Source: a virus
DNA length: 64,000 nucleotides
Virus record (IMG/VR): IMGVR_UViG_3300033146_001994
Location: 1 to 64,000 of that record
Strand: one strand, 5' to 3'
The position numbers and the translations under genes were made by a program. Each line of letters begins with the position of its first letter. Position 1 is the first letter of the stretch. Of this stretch, positions 39,759-50,088 are shown in pieces. Under the pieces are notes generated by a model. That model was not told the DNA's origin. It was given only the letters and a program-made list of their open reading frames with translations, and ran no database searches.

Positions 39759-42217
39759 TGAGTTTATTACAAATCAATGCAATGTTAATGGGGAATCAGT
39801 ATAGATACCCTGCAAATGCTCTGTATACAAAAGAACAAGTTGATACTCTTATTCTTACAAATAGTTATATACCTATTGCAAATAGTTCTGAATTAGTTAA
39901 CTTGGTACAGTCTGCTTCTCAAACTATGGGAAAAGGTACACCTTGGCAAGGTAATTATACAACTGGATTAGATAAGAAATATATAGTTGTTACTAATTTC
40001 ACTATTGCATCGAATATTACTAACACTCTTGATAATTTTGCAGGTATTTTTGATGGAAATCAATTAAAATTAACTTATAACTATGGCAATTTATTTGGTA
40101 CTCCCGATGCTTTAGCTAAGTACTATAATCTTAATGTGTATGGAAATGTTACATCAAATGGCTATTTAGGAGGGATTTGGTATACTTTTTCAGCATATGC
40201 TGAGAATTGTACATTTACAGGAAGCATATTAAATGGTCAAGGAAGTCTTGCAAGATTAGGAGGATTGGCAGTAACTACTTCATCTTCAACAATATTGAAA
40301 AACTGTTCAACCAATGTTAATATAACATCTACAATTAATGACAGCAATGGAGGTTTAGGAGGTTTAGTTGCTTTAGGAAATGGTGGCACATTTGAAAATT
40401 GTCACTCTAGTGGAATATACAATGGATTTTCAAATACAGGTGGATTAATTGGAAGTATAAGTTCAGGAGATTTAATTTTGAATAACTGTTCAAGTGATGC
40501 TGTTATAACAGGAACAATAAATACAGGTGGTTTAATTGGTTTTTTTAATCGTAATACAAATTCATTTTCAACTATTGGAATTAATGAGTTTACAGGAAGT
40601 GTAGACGGAGAAAGTAATTTAGGCGGGATAATTGGAGGATTTGAAGGAATTTCCGCAAATGATATTAATGTATCAAAATTACATTCAACAGGAAATATAA
40701 CTGGAACTGGAAATTATATTGGTGGGTTATTTGGAATGTCATTTTTATCTACAAAAGAAATTAATATAAGTGATTCTTATTGTAGTGGGGATGTACAAGG
40801 GAATGATTATGTAGGTGGTCTTGGTGGACGTATTGGAGTGACAACAATTAAAGATTGTTATTCCACTGGTGCGGTTAGTGGAAATACTAATGTGGGAGGG
40901 TTGATTGGGGGTAATATTTCAACAATTATTATTAATTCATATTGGGATACAGAAACAAGTGGACAAGCAACAAGTGATGGAGGAACAGGTAAAACAACAG
41001 CAGAGATGCAACAAGGGTCAATTCCTGACACAAACATCTATGTTGATTGGGATAGTTTAATTTGGGGTTCAGGTTCAACAAGTGAATATCCAATATTGAA
41101 AACTGTAACTGCAAGTAATAAGTATCTTGCAACAGAAATAGTTAATGATGAACTTGTAGACCAATATGGCAATATCAATATACCAATAGTATCAGGATTA
41201 GTTACTGATGGTACTGCAATATTAGACTTAGCAGGATTTGGTACAACTTATGACAAGTCTTATTATATAGGTAATTCAGAGGGTAAAGATGAGAATTGGG
41301 ATTATCCATTTATCTATTTTGATACTAACAACCCTACTCATTGGAAAATTGAAGAGCTTAATTATCGAATGATTGAAGAACAGTATATTGCAGGAGATGG
41401 GAATTTGAAAAAACTCTATGCAAAGTTATTATATAGCGGAGGAACATTACAAGGATTAGAAGAGTTGTATATGTATAATACTTCTGTTCAAGATGAAACT
41501 GCAATATTATCTGTAATTGGAACGTCTGGACAAACAATTAAATTCAATGGTATTAATCAATACGCTCATGTATTAGATAATGGAGCATTAGATATTGTTG
41601 AAGCTTCGTCAGTCTTTTACTACGGTGGATGGGTAAATATTCCTGAAAGTAGTAGTGGAAATCATACATGTATTGCTAAAACAGATGGCTCTGATGTAAT
41701 GACTGCAGGAAATTACTCTACCTATTTAGGTGGAGATGTTCTATATTCATTTACAATGCCTGCTAATCACTACTCACAGTGTAAATTTGGATATATTCCT
41801 ACAATATCAGGTTGGCATCATTTGGCAACAAAGATAGATATTACCAATGCTAAATTATGGGTATATTTAGATGGAGTTAAGGGTGAGGGTAATACTTTAG
41901 ACGGAGGATTTTCTAATATATCTAATATATACCCATTCATACTAGGAGGTTCAACTAATTCAGACGGAAGTGGAGCTATCAACTTTGCTGAAATTGAGAT
42001 GAAAGATATTAGAATATATCGCAAAGACGTTACAGCAAACTTAACTGATTGGATGAATGGAGATATACTTAACGATGAAATTGCAATGTGGAAATGTGAT
42101 GAATTGGTAAGTGGGGAACTGCCTGATAATGCAGGAGGATTTAATTTAACACTTGAAAATAACCCACAAATACAACAATATTATACAGGTGAGATATTAT
42201 GTGGAAAAGAAGTTTAA
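39758..42217 (+). CDS. Receptor-binding-like protein with GLUG repeats and LamG/ConA-like domain
   Basis: Repeated GGL(I/V)G, SYWDTETSGQ..S.GGTGKTTAEMQ; C-terminal FNG..QY, WHHLA, YLDG, DIRIY. Confidence 0.75.
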   Translation: MSLLQINAMLMGNQYRYPANALYTKEQVDTLILTNSYIPIANSSELVNLVQSASQTMGKGTPWQGNYTTGLDKKYIVVTNFTIASNITNTLDNFAGIFDGNQLKLTYNYGNLFGTPDALAKYYNLNVYGNVTSNGYLGGIWYTFSAYAENCTFTGSILNGQGSLARLGGLAVTTSSSTILKNCSTNVNITSTINDSNGGLGGLVALGNGGTFENCHSSGIYNGFSNTGGLIGSISSGDLILNNCSSDAVITGTINTGGLIGFFNRNTNSFSTIGINEFTGSVDGESNLGGIIGGFEGISANDINVSKLHSTGNITGTGNYIGGLFGMSFLSTKEINISDSYCSGDVQGNDYVGGLGGRIGVTTIKDCYSTGAVSGNTNVGGLIGGNISTIIINSYWDTETSGQATSDGGTGKTTAEMQQGSIPDTNIYVDWDSLIWGSGSTSEYPILKTVTASNKYLATEIVNDELVDQYGNINIPIVSGLVTDGTAILDLAGFGTTYDKSYYIGNSEGKDENWDYPFIYFDTNNPTHWKIEELNYRMIEEQYIAGDGNLKKLYAKLLYSGGTLQGLEELYMYNTSVQDETAILSVIGTSGQTIKFNGINQYAHVLDNGALDIVEASSVFYYGGWVNIPESSSGNHTCIAKTDGSDVMTAGNYSTYLGGDVLYSFTMPANHYSQCKFGYIPTISGWHHLATKIDITNAKLWVYLDGVKGEGNTLDGGFSNISNIYPFILGGSTNSDGSGAINFAEIEMKDIRIYRKDVTANLTDWMNGDILNDEIAMWKCDELVSGELPDNAGGFNLTLENNPQIQQYYTGEILCGKEV

Positions 42218-42229
42218 AAATAATTAATA

Positions 42230-42640
42230 ATGAGAAGTAAAAGCAAAATAATAACATTCAATTATTCAGAATTACCACAAAAAGCAATTAACATCTTGGC
42301 TAATAGTACGGATGAAGCGAATAAACATTATGATTTTGAATTGGATGGAAAAACAAATCAATGGAAGTTATACTTACACTATGATAATTCTTATAAAGAA
42401 TTTGCAAAAGATTTATTAATGTATGCTCAATATATAACTAACTTTCAAAATACAGTCAAAGGTTCAGACTATCTTGATATGTATATTAAGGTTGAAAATG
42501 AGCCTGTAACTAATGCTGACATAACCTCTATCAAAGGTCATTATAAAAATATTAAGTTTTCAGAGATAACAGCAGGAACATATGACTTTTCAAATCTATT
42601 AACTGAAAAAGACGTAAATAATCTATTATGGCAAAACTAA
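42230..42640 (+). CDS. Hypothetical protein
   Basis: 136 aa ORF. Confidence 0.6.
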   Translation: MRSKSKIITFNYSELPQKAINILANSTDEANKHYDFELDGKTNQWKLYLHYDNSYKEFAKDLLMYAQYITNFQNTVKGSDYLDMYIKVENEPVTNADITSIKGHYKNIKFSEITAGTYDFSNLLTEKDVNNLLWQN

Positions 42641-43215
42641 AGTATTTAATAATCCATTGTACAGATACTCCTCCTACAATGGAAGTATCAGAAGATGACA
42701 TTGACTTATGGCACAAAGGAGCTAAGTATGACCCTATAACAAAACTGTATAGGTTTATGGGACATAACTATACTAAAGATAAACTAGCTTATAAATATTT
42801 AAAATTGTCTAGTGGCAAGATAGTTAATGCACTTCAAACAAATGGAAGAGGCTGGTCTGTTCAAGGTTATGCTAAGATGTATAAAAGAGATGGCAGTACA
42901 TTTACTTGGGTAAAAGATGATGGCAACCAGTGGATTAAAGATAATGAAATAACAAACGGAGCTAGAGGTATAAACAAATACTCTAGTCATAAAGTATTAG
43001 TTGGAGGAAAAGATTGCAAATTTACAGATGCGTTCTTGAAAAATTATACCACAGCTCAATTTGTTCAATTAGAATCTGATATAAAAGAATATATTGCTAA
43101 ACATCCACAGATTAAGATAGGAGGGCATTATCAATTTTCAGCAAAACAATGTCCGGGATTTAATGTTAGAGATTATTTGAAAATTATAGGAACACCTTTA
43201 AAAAATATATTATGA
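42628..43215 (+). CDS. N-acetylmuramoyl-L-alanine amidase (endolysin)
   Basis: LIIHCT, GRGWS, GARG.N, GHYQ, KQCPGF. Confidence 0.9.
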   Translation: MAKLKYLIIHCTDTPPTMEVSEDDIDLWHKGAKYDPITKLYRFMGHNYTKDKLAYKYLKLSSGKIVNALQTNGRGWSVQGYAKMYKRDGSTFTWVKDDGNQWIKDNEITNGARGINKYSSHKVLVGGKDCKFTDAFLKNYTTAQFVQLESDIKEYIAKHPQIKIGGHYQFSAKQCPGFNVRDYLKIIGTPLKNIL

Positions 43216-43430
43216 AAAAATGGTTATATTTATTATTCAGCTCTCATTCAGTTGTGAGTTCTAAAAGAGTAAGTGGAATGATTTTACTTTTAAGTAGTAT
43301 TCTATTACTTTTTATAAATAGTGATTTTACAGACAATAAACTTTCTATTATTAAACTTGTAGTAGTTATTGGTGGTATATTAGTAAGTGGAGGTTCAATT
43401 GAAACAGTTTTAACCAAATTTAAAAAATAG
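43212..43430 (+). CDS. Putative holin
   Basis: 72 aa, SSKR followed by two TM segments; adjacent to amidase. Confidence 0.6.
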   Translation: MKKWLYLLFSSHSVVSSKRVSGMILLLSSILLLFINSDFTDNKLSIIKLVVVIGGILVSGGSIETVLTKFKK

Positions 43431-43435
43431 AAATT

Positions 43436-43681
43436 ATGGATGGCAAAAGATGGTCTAAAGAGGTAACTACAGACAAAGGTTCAAAAAGAATAAGTGTTGA
43501 ACAGGTAGAAAATGGGTTTATTATAACTAAATCAATAGACACCTATGGTGATTCCACCATACCTAGTAAATATGAAACTAAAAAGTACATCTCAAAAGAG
43601 AATCCAATTAAAAATTATAAAGGATTTGAGGAACTTAATGATGAGGTACATCCTACAAAACTATATGAGGGAATAGAATGA
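43436..43681 (+). CDS. Hypothetical protein
   Basis: VEQVENGFII...KYISKENP. Confidence 0.65.
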   Translation: MDGKRWSKEVTTDKGSKRISVEQVENGFIITKSIDTYGDSTIPSKYETKKYISKENPIKNYKGFEELNDEVHPTKLYEGIE

Positions 43682-44238
43682 ACTTGATAAAAGCACTAGT
43701 ACTTAGTATTGTTGTAGCAATAGTAACATTCTATATAGGGAAAACCTTTATATATCCACAACAATTACCTACAAAAGTAATTGCGTATGATACTATAACT
43801 AAGGATACAGGGAAGACAAAGTTTTATCCTGAATATATAGATACAACTATTTATTCTACTATACTTCTACATGATACAGTACATACTAAAATAGATACAT
43901 ATGCTATTCTAGTAGATTATTTTGCTAAGAAGTTTTATGTAGATACTACAATAGTAGACAGCCTGCTTACAGTAATAATAGAAGATTCTATTACTAAAAA
44001 TAGTATTGTATATAGGCACATTAAAACTAGGTATATAAATAAAACTACAACTATTTATCCTACCACACAATTAAAAGGTTTGTTTATAGGGGGAAACTTG
44101 TGGTTTAATACTATTGGATTAAATGCTAGTTATATTAATAATAATAATTGTTTTGATTTATCTTTTAATTTAAGTAATTTTAACAATAATATAATTTATT
44201 ATCCGACAATAGGATTTAAAAGAAAATTACAATGGTAA
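43678..44238 (+). CDS. Membrane-anchored protein (spanin-like candidate)
   Basis: N-terminal TM, DT-rich repeats, beta-rich C-terminus ending W; in lysis module. Confidence 0.5.
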   Translation: MNLIKALVLSIVVAIVTFYIGKTFIYPQQLPTKVIAYDTITKDTGKTKFYPEYIDTTIYSTILLHDTVHTKIDTYAILVDYFAKKFYVDTTIVDSLLTVIIEDSITKNSIVYRHIKTRYINKTTTIYPTTQLKGLFIGGNLWFNTIGLNASYINNNNCFDLSFNLSNFNNNIIYYPTIGFKRKLQW

Positions 44239-44915
44239 AAACATTAGATGTAATAGCATACTCAGTAATTGATACTATAAGACCTATATTAAAAACTACA
44301 GATTTTATAGATATTAGAGATGTTAAAAACTGGATAAAAAACTATAGGAATTTCTTTGCAAAACAGCAGGCTGATAAAAATAGCCCTTTCATTCCTGCAC
44401 AGTTTTTACAAATGGAAAAATTAAACATGGAAATTTTAGATAAAATTCCTAAATATCCAAACTTGACTATTACAAAATCAACAAATTTGCCAAATATTCT
44501 TACTGGTAAAAGTGGCAATTATCTTGTAGAAGCTATATCATATAATGACTCTATTATAGACAGTTTAGCACAAGTGGATAATATCAAAGCTCTAATTAGT
44601 TACGTCAATTCGGATAGATTTGATGATGATTGTACATACTGTGCTATTATTAATAAACAGTTAGTTATTGCAGGAAAACATAGTATATACAGTGATAGCC
44701 TGAAACAATTATATATAAATGCTATATTTGAAAACCCTGAGAATATTTCCATGTTCAATATTGATACAGAACAATATCCTGTATCTTCTAGTCTTATCAG
44801 CACTATTGAAACCTTTATATTAAAAGAAAAGTATGGTATTAACTTAGCTAATTATTCAGACAATACCAATGATGAGGTGCATAATCTAAATTCAGATACT
44901 GATGCTAAGAGGTAA
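44232..44915 (+). CDS. Putative tail ring protein
   Basis: AIFENP...YPVS motif; synteny. Confidence 0.6.
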   Translation: MVKTLDVIAYSVIDTIRPILKTTDFIDIRDVKNWIKNYRNFFAKQQADKNSPFIPAQFLQMEKLNMEILDKIPKYPNLTITKSTNLPNILTGKSGNYLVEAISYNDSIIDSLAQVDNIKALISYVNSDRFDDDCTYCAIINKQLVIAGKHSIYSDSLKQLYINAIFENPENISMFNIDTEQYPVSSSLISTIETFILKEKYGINLANYSDNTNDEVHNLNSDTDAKR

Positions 44916-45420
44916 AAGAAAATATATTTCAGATTATACAACTGCTGATATTTACAGGGATTATAGAAATATCTATAAAGGAACTCTTTCTAAAAAAGAG
45001 TTTTCACATTACTATAAAGTAATTATAGATTTTATTTTAGAAAAGGTTCTAAATGATTCAGAAGAATATATATTTCCATTCAGACTTGGAACATTTAGAA
45101 TCAAACGTACAAAGTATGTATTAAAAACTGACGAGAATAATAAAGTTATTACAAACGGTTTAAAGATAGATTTTAAATCTAGTTGGAACTTATGGCACAG
45201 ACAATATCCAAATCTTACAGATAAAGAGATTATTAATATAAAAGGAAAGAAAAATATATATTTTTTAAATGAACACTCAAATGGATATTATAATAAATTC
45301 TATTGGGATAAAAGGACTTGTGTAGGTAAGAATCAATCTGTATTTAAACTATATATTAATAGAGATAGAAAAAGAGATTTAGCTTTTTTAAGTAAACAAA
45401 ATAAGATTTATTATGAATAA
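44902..45420 (+). CDS. HU/IHF-like protein (crAss tail-region type)
   Basis: FPFRLGTFRI, IDF..S, NEHSNGY...W.K. Confidence 0.65.
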   Translation: MLRGKRKYISDYTTADIYRDYRNIYKGTLSKKEFSHYYKVIIDFILEKVLNDSEEYIFPFRLGTFRIKRTKYVLKTDENNKVITNGLKIDFKSSWNLWHRQYPNLTDKEIINIKGKKNIYFLNEHSNGYYNKFYWDKRTCVGKNQSVFKLYINRDRKRDLAFLSKQNKIYYE

Positions 45421-46117
45421 TGGTAGATATGTAGATAAGGATACTATAATTAAAAGAGTATCGCAATATTATGGACTAGATGCATCAGGTAAAGATATAA
45501 ATGATTTTATTTATGATGGGCTTAGAGGTGTTGGTAAAAGAGCAATGTTTGATTTAATCGCTACTACAGGAGAGAATGGTATGCCACAGCCTATAGATGT
45601 TTCTGAATATAGAGGTATATTACCTACTAACATTGAAGCTCCTTTATTTGCACTAGACTATGATACAAATGAACCTTTAAGATGTATAAATAGTGTATTC
45701 AATGAGACACATATGTTACATACTGCTGCATCTAAAACATACTCATTAAAAAGAAATTTTATATTCACTAGTGAAAAAACACAGAAAATAGTATTAGTAT
45801 ATTTAGGATTTCCTTTAAACTCTATTGGAGAGCCATTGATTCCTGATGATGAAAACTATCTAAAAGCTATTACAGCTTATGTAGCTATGAGCATTGCTAG
45901 ACCTCTAGTTATAAGAGGAAAATTAAACCACCAAATATTCTCTATGATTGAACAGGACTATTTTGCATATGCTAATAGTACTGATGTAATGGAGATGCCA
46001 AATGAGGATGAAATGGAGCAGTTGAAAAATAACTTATTAACACTATTACCTGATTATAATAAGTACTCACATAACTTTTCTGATTTAGGGTTACCTACTA
46101 ATATAAAATACACATAA
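45413..46117 (+). CDS. Putative tail tubular/ring protein
   Basis: G.PLIPDD..Y.KAI..Y motif; precedes the muzzle gene. Confidence 0.65.
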   Translation: MNNGRYVDKDTIIKRVSQYYGLDASGKDINDFIYDGLRGVGKRAMFDLIATTGENGMPQPIDVSEYRGILPTNIEAPLFALDYDTNEPLRCINSVFNETHMLHTAASKTYSLKRNFIFTSEKTQKIVLVYLGFPLNSIGEPLIPDDENYLKAITAYVAMSIARPLVIRGKLNHQIFSMIEQDYFAYANSTDVMEMPNEDEMEQLKNNLLTLLPDYNKYSHNFSDLGLPTNIKYT

Positions 46118-49100
46118 TGAATGCTAGAGGAACAAAACCACACAAGTTTAATTTTGAGGGAGGAATGAATAGAGATACTTCTTTTATGAAATATCCTAAA
46201 AATTCATACTTTGAGACTGAAAATTTTAAGCTATTTACTAATAAAGAGGGTTCTTTTTATGACCTTGAAAATGTAGATGGTACTTCAAAAGCATTATCAT
46301 TTACAAATGTGAAAATATTATATTTAGTAGAAGCAGTGGATTTTTTAATCCTGTTTTGTACTATAAAAAATCGACTAGTTATTCTTAGAGTAAATAAGTC
46401 TTTTATTTATAAAGGGCTAAAAACTGTTATACCTCCAATAGATGTAGAAGCTATAAATAAGTATGCTGGGAATACTATTAGTTTAATATATGTTGATACT
46501 ATGACTGCTGTAAGTAATACTATTTATTTTGCTAAGTATAACTATGAAAATGAAATTGTACAAAAAATATACTGGAAAGATGATAATGGATTTAGGGCTT
46601 TAAATGTTATAGAATCTGAATTTAATCATTTAGCAGGTAAAACATATGAAAGCACACTTACCTATACCTCTTTACTAACTACACAGGCTGAATTTACATC
46701 TTATACAACAGGCAATTTAAAGTCAGGTGCATATTTTTATACCTATCAGTTATTTGATGTAAATGGACTAGAATCAGCTTTTGCTCCATTGTCAGATGTT
46801 GTATATATTTCAGATAAGTACTCAAGTACGCAGTATAGTAAAATTTCAGGTGGAAAAGTTGGAGAAAAATCTTCACTGGGTGTTGTAGGGAAAATTTCTA
46901 ATATAGACACTTCTATATACAATAGAATACGTATTGTATCAGTATTTTATTCTGAAAAGACTAGTATTCCTATAATAAGTATTATTTCAGAACGTACAAT
47001 TTCTAGCAATATAACTTTTACAGATGTAGGTAATTCTCTTGGAAATTTATCATCAGAAGAATTGCTATTTAGAAATATTATATTAAATCCAAATACTATT
47101 GAAGATAAAGATGGCTTTCTATTTTTAGGTGCTGTTGATAAAAAGGATTATTTTGATGTAGATGACTATGTAAAAGAACACAATATTACAACTGGGGTTG
47201 TTACAGATTCAAATGGTAAATCCTTTTGGGAAAGCAGAATGTTTAGTTTTGGATTTGATGGTACTACTAGTTTTTCACAAACAGTTAAAAACCTAGACAA
47301 TACAGATTCTACTATAATACATTTCAATAACCTACCAACTCTTCCAAAAGAACATGATTGTATATATACTGGAATAGAAGATGTCAAAACTACTGAATGC
47401 TTTGCCTATAAACATGATGGTACAGGTATGAATCCTGTACTCTACGGATTAAATCCAAATGCTATAATAGCGGATGGCAGGGTATCTTATGGAGCATATG
47501 GAAAAAACATAGAATGTGAATTTTTAACTAGAACTGTGAATATAAACGGTACTATAGATAAAGCAGTATTTGATGATGAAATAGTAAGTCCTACATTCTC
47601 AAATGGAATGTTTAATGACTTTTCTAATCCTAATAATTGTAAGTATTTAGCAATAGATTATGATGAGGTCGATAGATACGGAATACAGTTTTTAGAAAAT
47701 TCTACAGGGAGGTTAAGTTATGTTAAATGGTGTATAGACTTAAGAAGTCCTAGTACATACAGTTTTGCAACCAACGGTGCAGAAACAACATCTATAATTC
47801 GCACTTGGGATGATAATGCTACTACTGATGCTTTAAAAGCACTTTATTTAAAATTCACAGTTAGGAATATACCTACGGGATTATCATGGAGAATAGTTAG
47901 AGTACCTAAAGAAGTAGAATCTGATTATAGCAATAAAAGCATTGGGTTGTTAAGTAATGCTTTAAAGTACTCTAACAATTATTATAATTGGATGTTACCT
48001 TACTCATTTGAAAGTGTGCAGCCTACTAATATACTAGATTATCCTTTAAATGTAGGTATTGTAGATTGGTCTAGGAAAATATTTACATTTATCTCTCCTG
48101 ATTTCTTATTAAATAAAGATTTACAGGTGCACTTAGATAAGAATACAAATGCTTTTTTCAGACCTGCTGGATATTTAGACTTTGTGAAAAGAGCAAGATT
48201 ACAACATGATTCAACATATTCTAATTTTGAATTTAATCTACTTAACTGGAAAATACAGTCATCGACTAAATTTTTATCTCCTGCAAATGCATGGTCTCCT
48301 TATTCTATAGATTTAATTAAACATCCCGAATACTCAGATACCTACATGGATGATATATTAGACATACCTACTGTTGAAACTGGGAAGTTTAATAATCTAG
48401 TGCTAGGCTCATTTGATGCTGTTGATACCTGTGTTTATGCAGGTGTAGGGGGTACTAAATTATTACTTCAAGATAATAGTACATATGGACATCAAATAAG
48501 CATATCTCCTACAGAAAGTACTACTGTAGGAATACTTAAAGAGGATAATTTTAATGTTAGATATGGAGGTGCATCCTATAATGATAGGGCATTTAATATC
48601 TATAATCCTGTATCTACGTTTACTACTGCGAGTACTTGTAATGTGTATGGAACACACTATTTTGGAGTATTTGAATATTTACAAGGGTCTATACAAAAAA
48701 ACGACACATTGGGAAATGAGCAGCCTAATGCAGTATGTACAACTGTTTGGTATCCTACTATAAGTAGAAGAAACCTTGCATATGTAAGTACAGCATTGAA
48801 CAGAAAAAAAGTAGATAAAACATCAATTGAAGCGATGTTAATTCAAGAAGCAAAAGGCGTTATTGATAAAGCAGGTACAACTATAACACAAGAGGAAGAC
48901 TACTATCAATATAATTCCGTATATGAACTTAGTAGAAATATGCTTGAGATTGCTTTACCTAAACCATTTGATGCTTATGCAGTTAAAAACAACATCAATA
49001 TTACATATTCTAATTACAAAATACAAGGAGAATATACAGACAGTTGGTTAAAATTTAATAATAAGACTATTAGCCTTGATAATAGGGGTAAAGATTTAAT

Positions 49101-50019
49101 CGCTTTAGTAAAATTTAAAGATAGAATTTATTATTTTCAAAAACAATCCTTTGGTACTTTATACATACATGAAAGACAAAATGTAACTTCTGCTGATTCT
49201 AAAAATATCACTCTAGGCAAAGGGGATGTTTTAGAGGGATATAGTCAACTAGGTGATTTAACTGGTATAGTAGATAAAAACCATGTTGTATGTACAAATG
49301 ATAATATTTATTGGATAGATGCCATTAATAAAGAATTTAGAACATTGGATAAATCAGGTTCAATTGATTTAGGAAATACTATTGGAATGGGTTCTTATTT
49401 TAAGAGTCTGACTTACAACAGTACTGCCCTATTTTTTGACGTGAATAATAAGGAAGTGCTTATTAAAATCAACCAAGGGTTTGTCAATTTCTATATAGTA
49501 TATAGTGAGGTATTTAAGAAAATAACAGGATTTATTAATACAGGAAATATACAATTTGTAAATTTAGATTCAAGGCTTTTTTCAATGGACTTGCATACTC
49601 AAACACCTGTATTATATGAGCATAATGTAGGAGAAAAATGTAATCTGTGTGGAATTGACTATAAACCATCCATTACTTTAATATCTAATCCTGGAGGTTC
49701 AATTATTACCTATTTAGAAGTAATTGAATTACTTATGGATACAAGTTATGATAGTGACCATGTAATAAATCCTGAAAGTTCAGAAATAATCGATTCTATC
49801 AGATTAACTAATTCTTATCAAGATGTTACATTAACACCGCAACAATTAGAGACTGCTATAAAAACTTTTAGAAAGCATAGAATAAACGAGCTTACTGAAA
49901 ATGGAGATAAATTATTAGACTATTATACTAAAATTAAAATAACTTTTAAGAATGATAGCAATTGGAGAATAATTTTACGTGACATTACAGTATATTTTAA
50001 GTTAGCACAACTAATATAA
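46117..50019 (+). CDS. Tail stabilization/muzzle protein
   Basis: 1300 aa; FEGGMNRD, GNLKSGAYFYTYQL, YSNYKIQGEYTDSWLKF, YWID. Confidence 0.75.
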   Translation: MNARGTKPHKFNFEGGMNRDTSFMKYPKNSYFETENFKLFTNKEGSFYDLENVDGTSKALSFTNVKILYLVEAVDFLILFCTIKNRLVILRVNKSFIYKGLKTVIPPIDVEAINKYAGNTISLIYVDTMTAVSNTIYFAKYNYENEIVQKIYWKDDNGFRALNVIESEFNHLAGKTYESTLTYTSLLTTQAEFTSYTTGNLKSGAYFYTYQLFDVNGLESAFAPLSDVVYISDKYSSTQYSKISGGKVGEKSSLGVVGKISNIDTSIYNRIRIVSVFYSEKTSIPIISIISERTISSNITFTDVGNSLGNLSSEELLFRNIILNPNTIEDKDGFLFLGAVDKKDYFDVDDYVKEHNITTGVVTDSNGKSFWESRMFSFGFDGTTSFSQTVKNLDNTDSTIIHFNNLPTLPKEHDCIYTGIEDVKTTECFAYKHDGTGMNPVLYGLNPNAIIADGRVSYGAYGKNIECEFLTRTVNINGTIDKAVFDDEIVSPTFSNGMFNDFSNPNNCKYLAIDYDEVDRYGIQFLENSTGRLSYVKWCIDLRSPSTYSFATNGAETTSIIRTWDDNATTDALKALYLKFTVRNIPTGLSWRIVRVPKEVESDYSNKSIGLLSNALKYSNNYYNWMLPYSFESVQPTNILDYPLNVGIVDWSRKIFTFISPDFLLNKDLQVHLDKNTNAFFRPAGYLDFVKRARLQHDSTYSNFEFNLLNWKIQSSTKFLSPANAWSPYSIDLIKHPEYSDTYMDDILDIPTVETGKFNNLVLGSFDAVDTCVYAGVGGTKLLLQDNSTYGHQISISPTESTTVGILKEDNFNVRYGGASYNDRAFNIYNPVSTFTTASTCNVYGTHYFGVFEYLQGSIQKNDTLGNEQPNAVCTTVWYPTISRRNLAYVSTALNRKKVDKTSIEAMLIQEAKGVIDKAGTTITQEEDYYQYNSVYELSRNMLEIALPKPFDAYAVKNNINITYSNYKIQGEYTDSWLKFNNKTISLDNRGKDLIALVKFKDRIYYFQKQSFGTLYIHERQNVTSADSKNITLGKGDVLEGYSQLGDLTGIVDKNHVVCTNDNIYWIDAINKEFRTLDKSGSIDLGNTIGMGSYFKSLTYNSTALFFDVNNKEVLIKINQGFVNFYIVYSEVFKKITGFINTGNIQFVNLDSRLFSMDLHTQTPVLYEHNVGEKCNLCGIDYKPSITLISNPGGSIITYLEVIELLMDTSYDSDHVINPESSEIIDSIRLTNSYQDVTLTPQQLETAIKTFRKHRINELTENGDKLLDYYTKIKITFKNDSNWRIILRDITVYFKLAQLI

Positions 50020-50088
50020 AATATTATTCTTTACCGTTAATATTATTTTATTATAAATAAACTAGGATTTTTATATAAATTTGTTTCT

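Noticed and set aside
36264-42217. Diversity-generating retroelement targeting tail fibres
   Set aside because: No reverse transcriptase and no TR/VR pair seen in this window.
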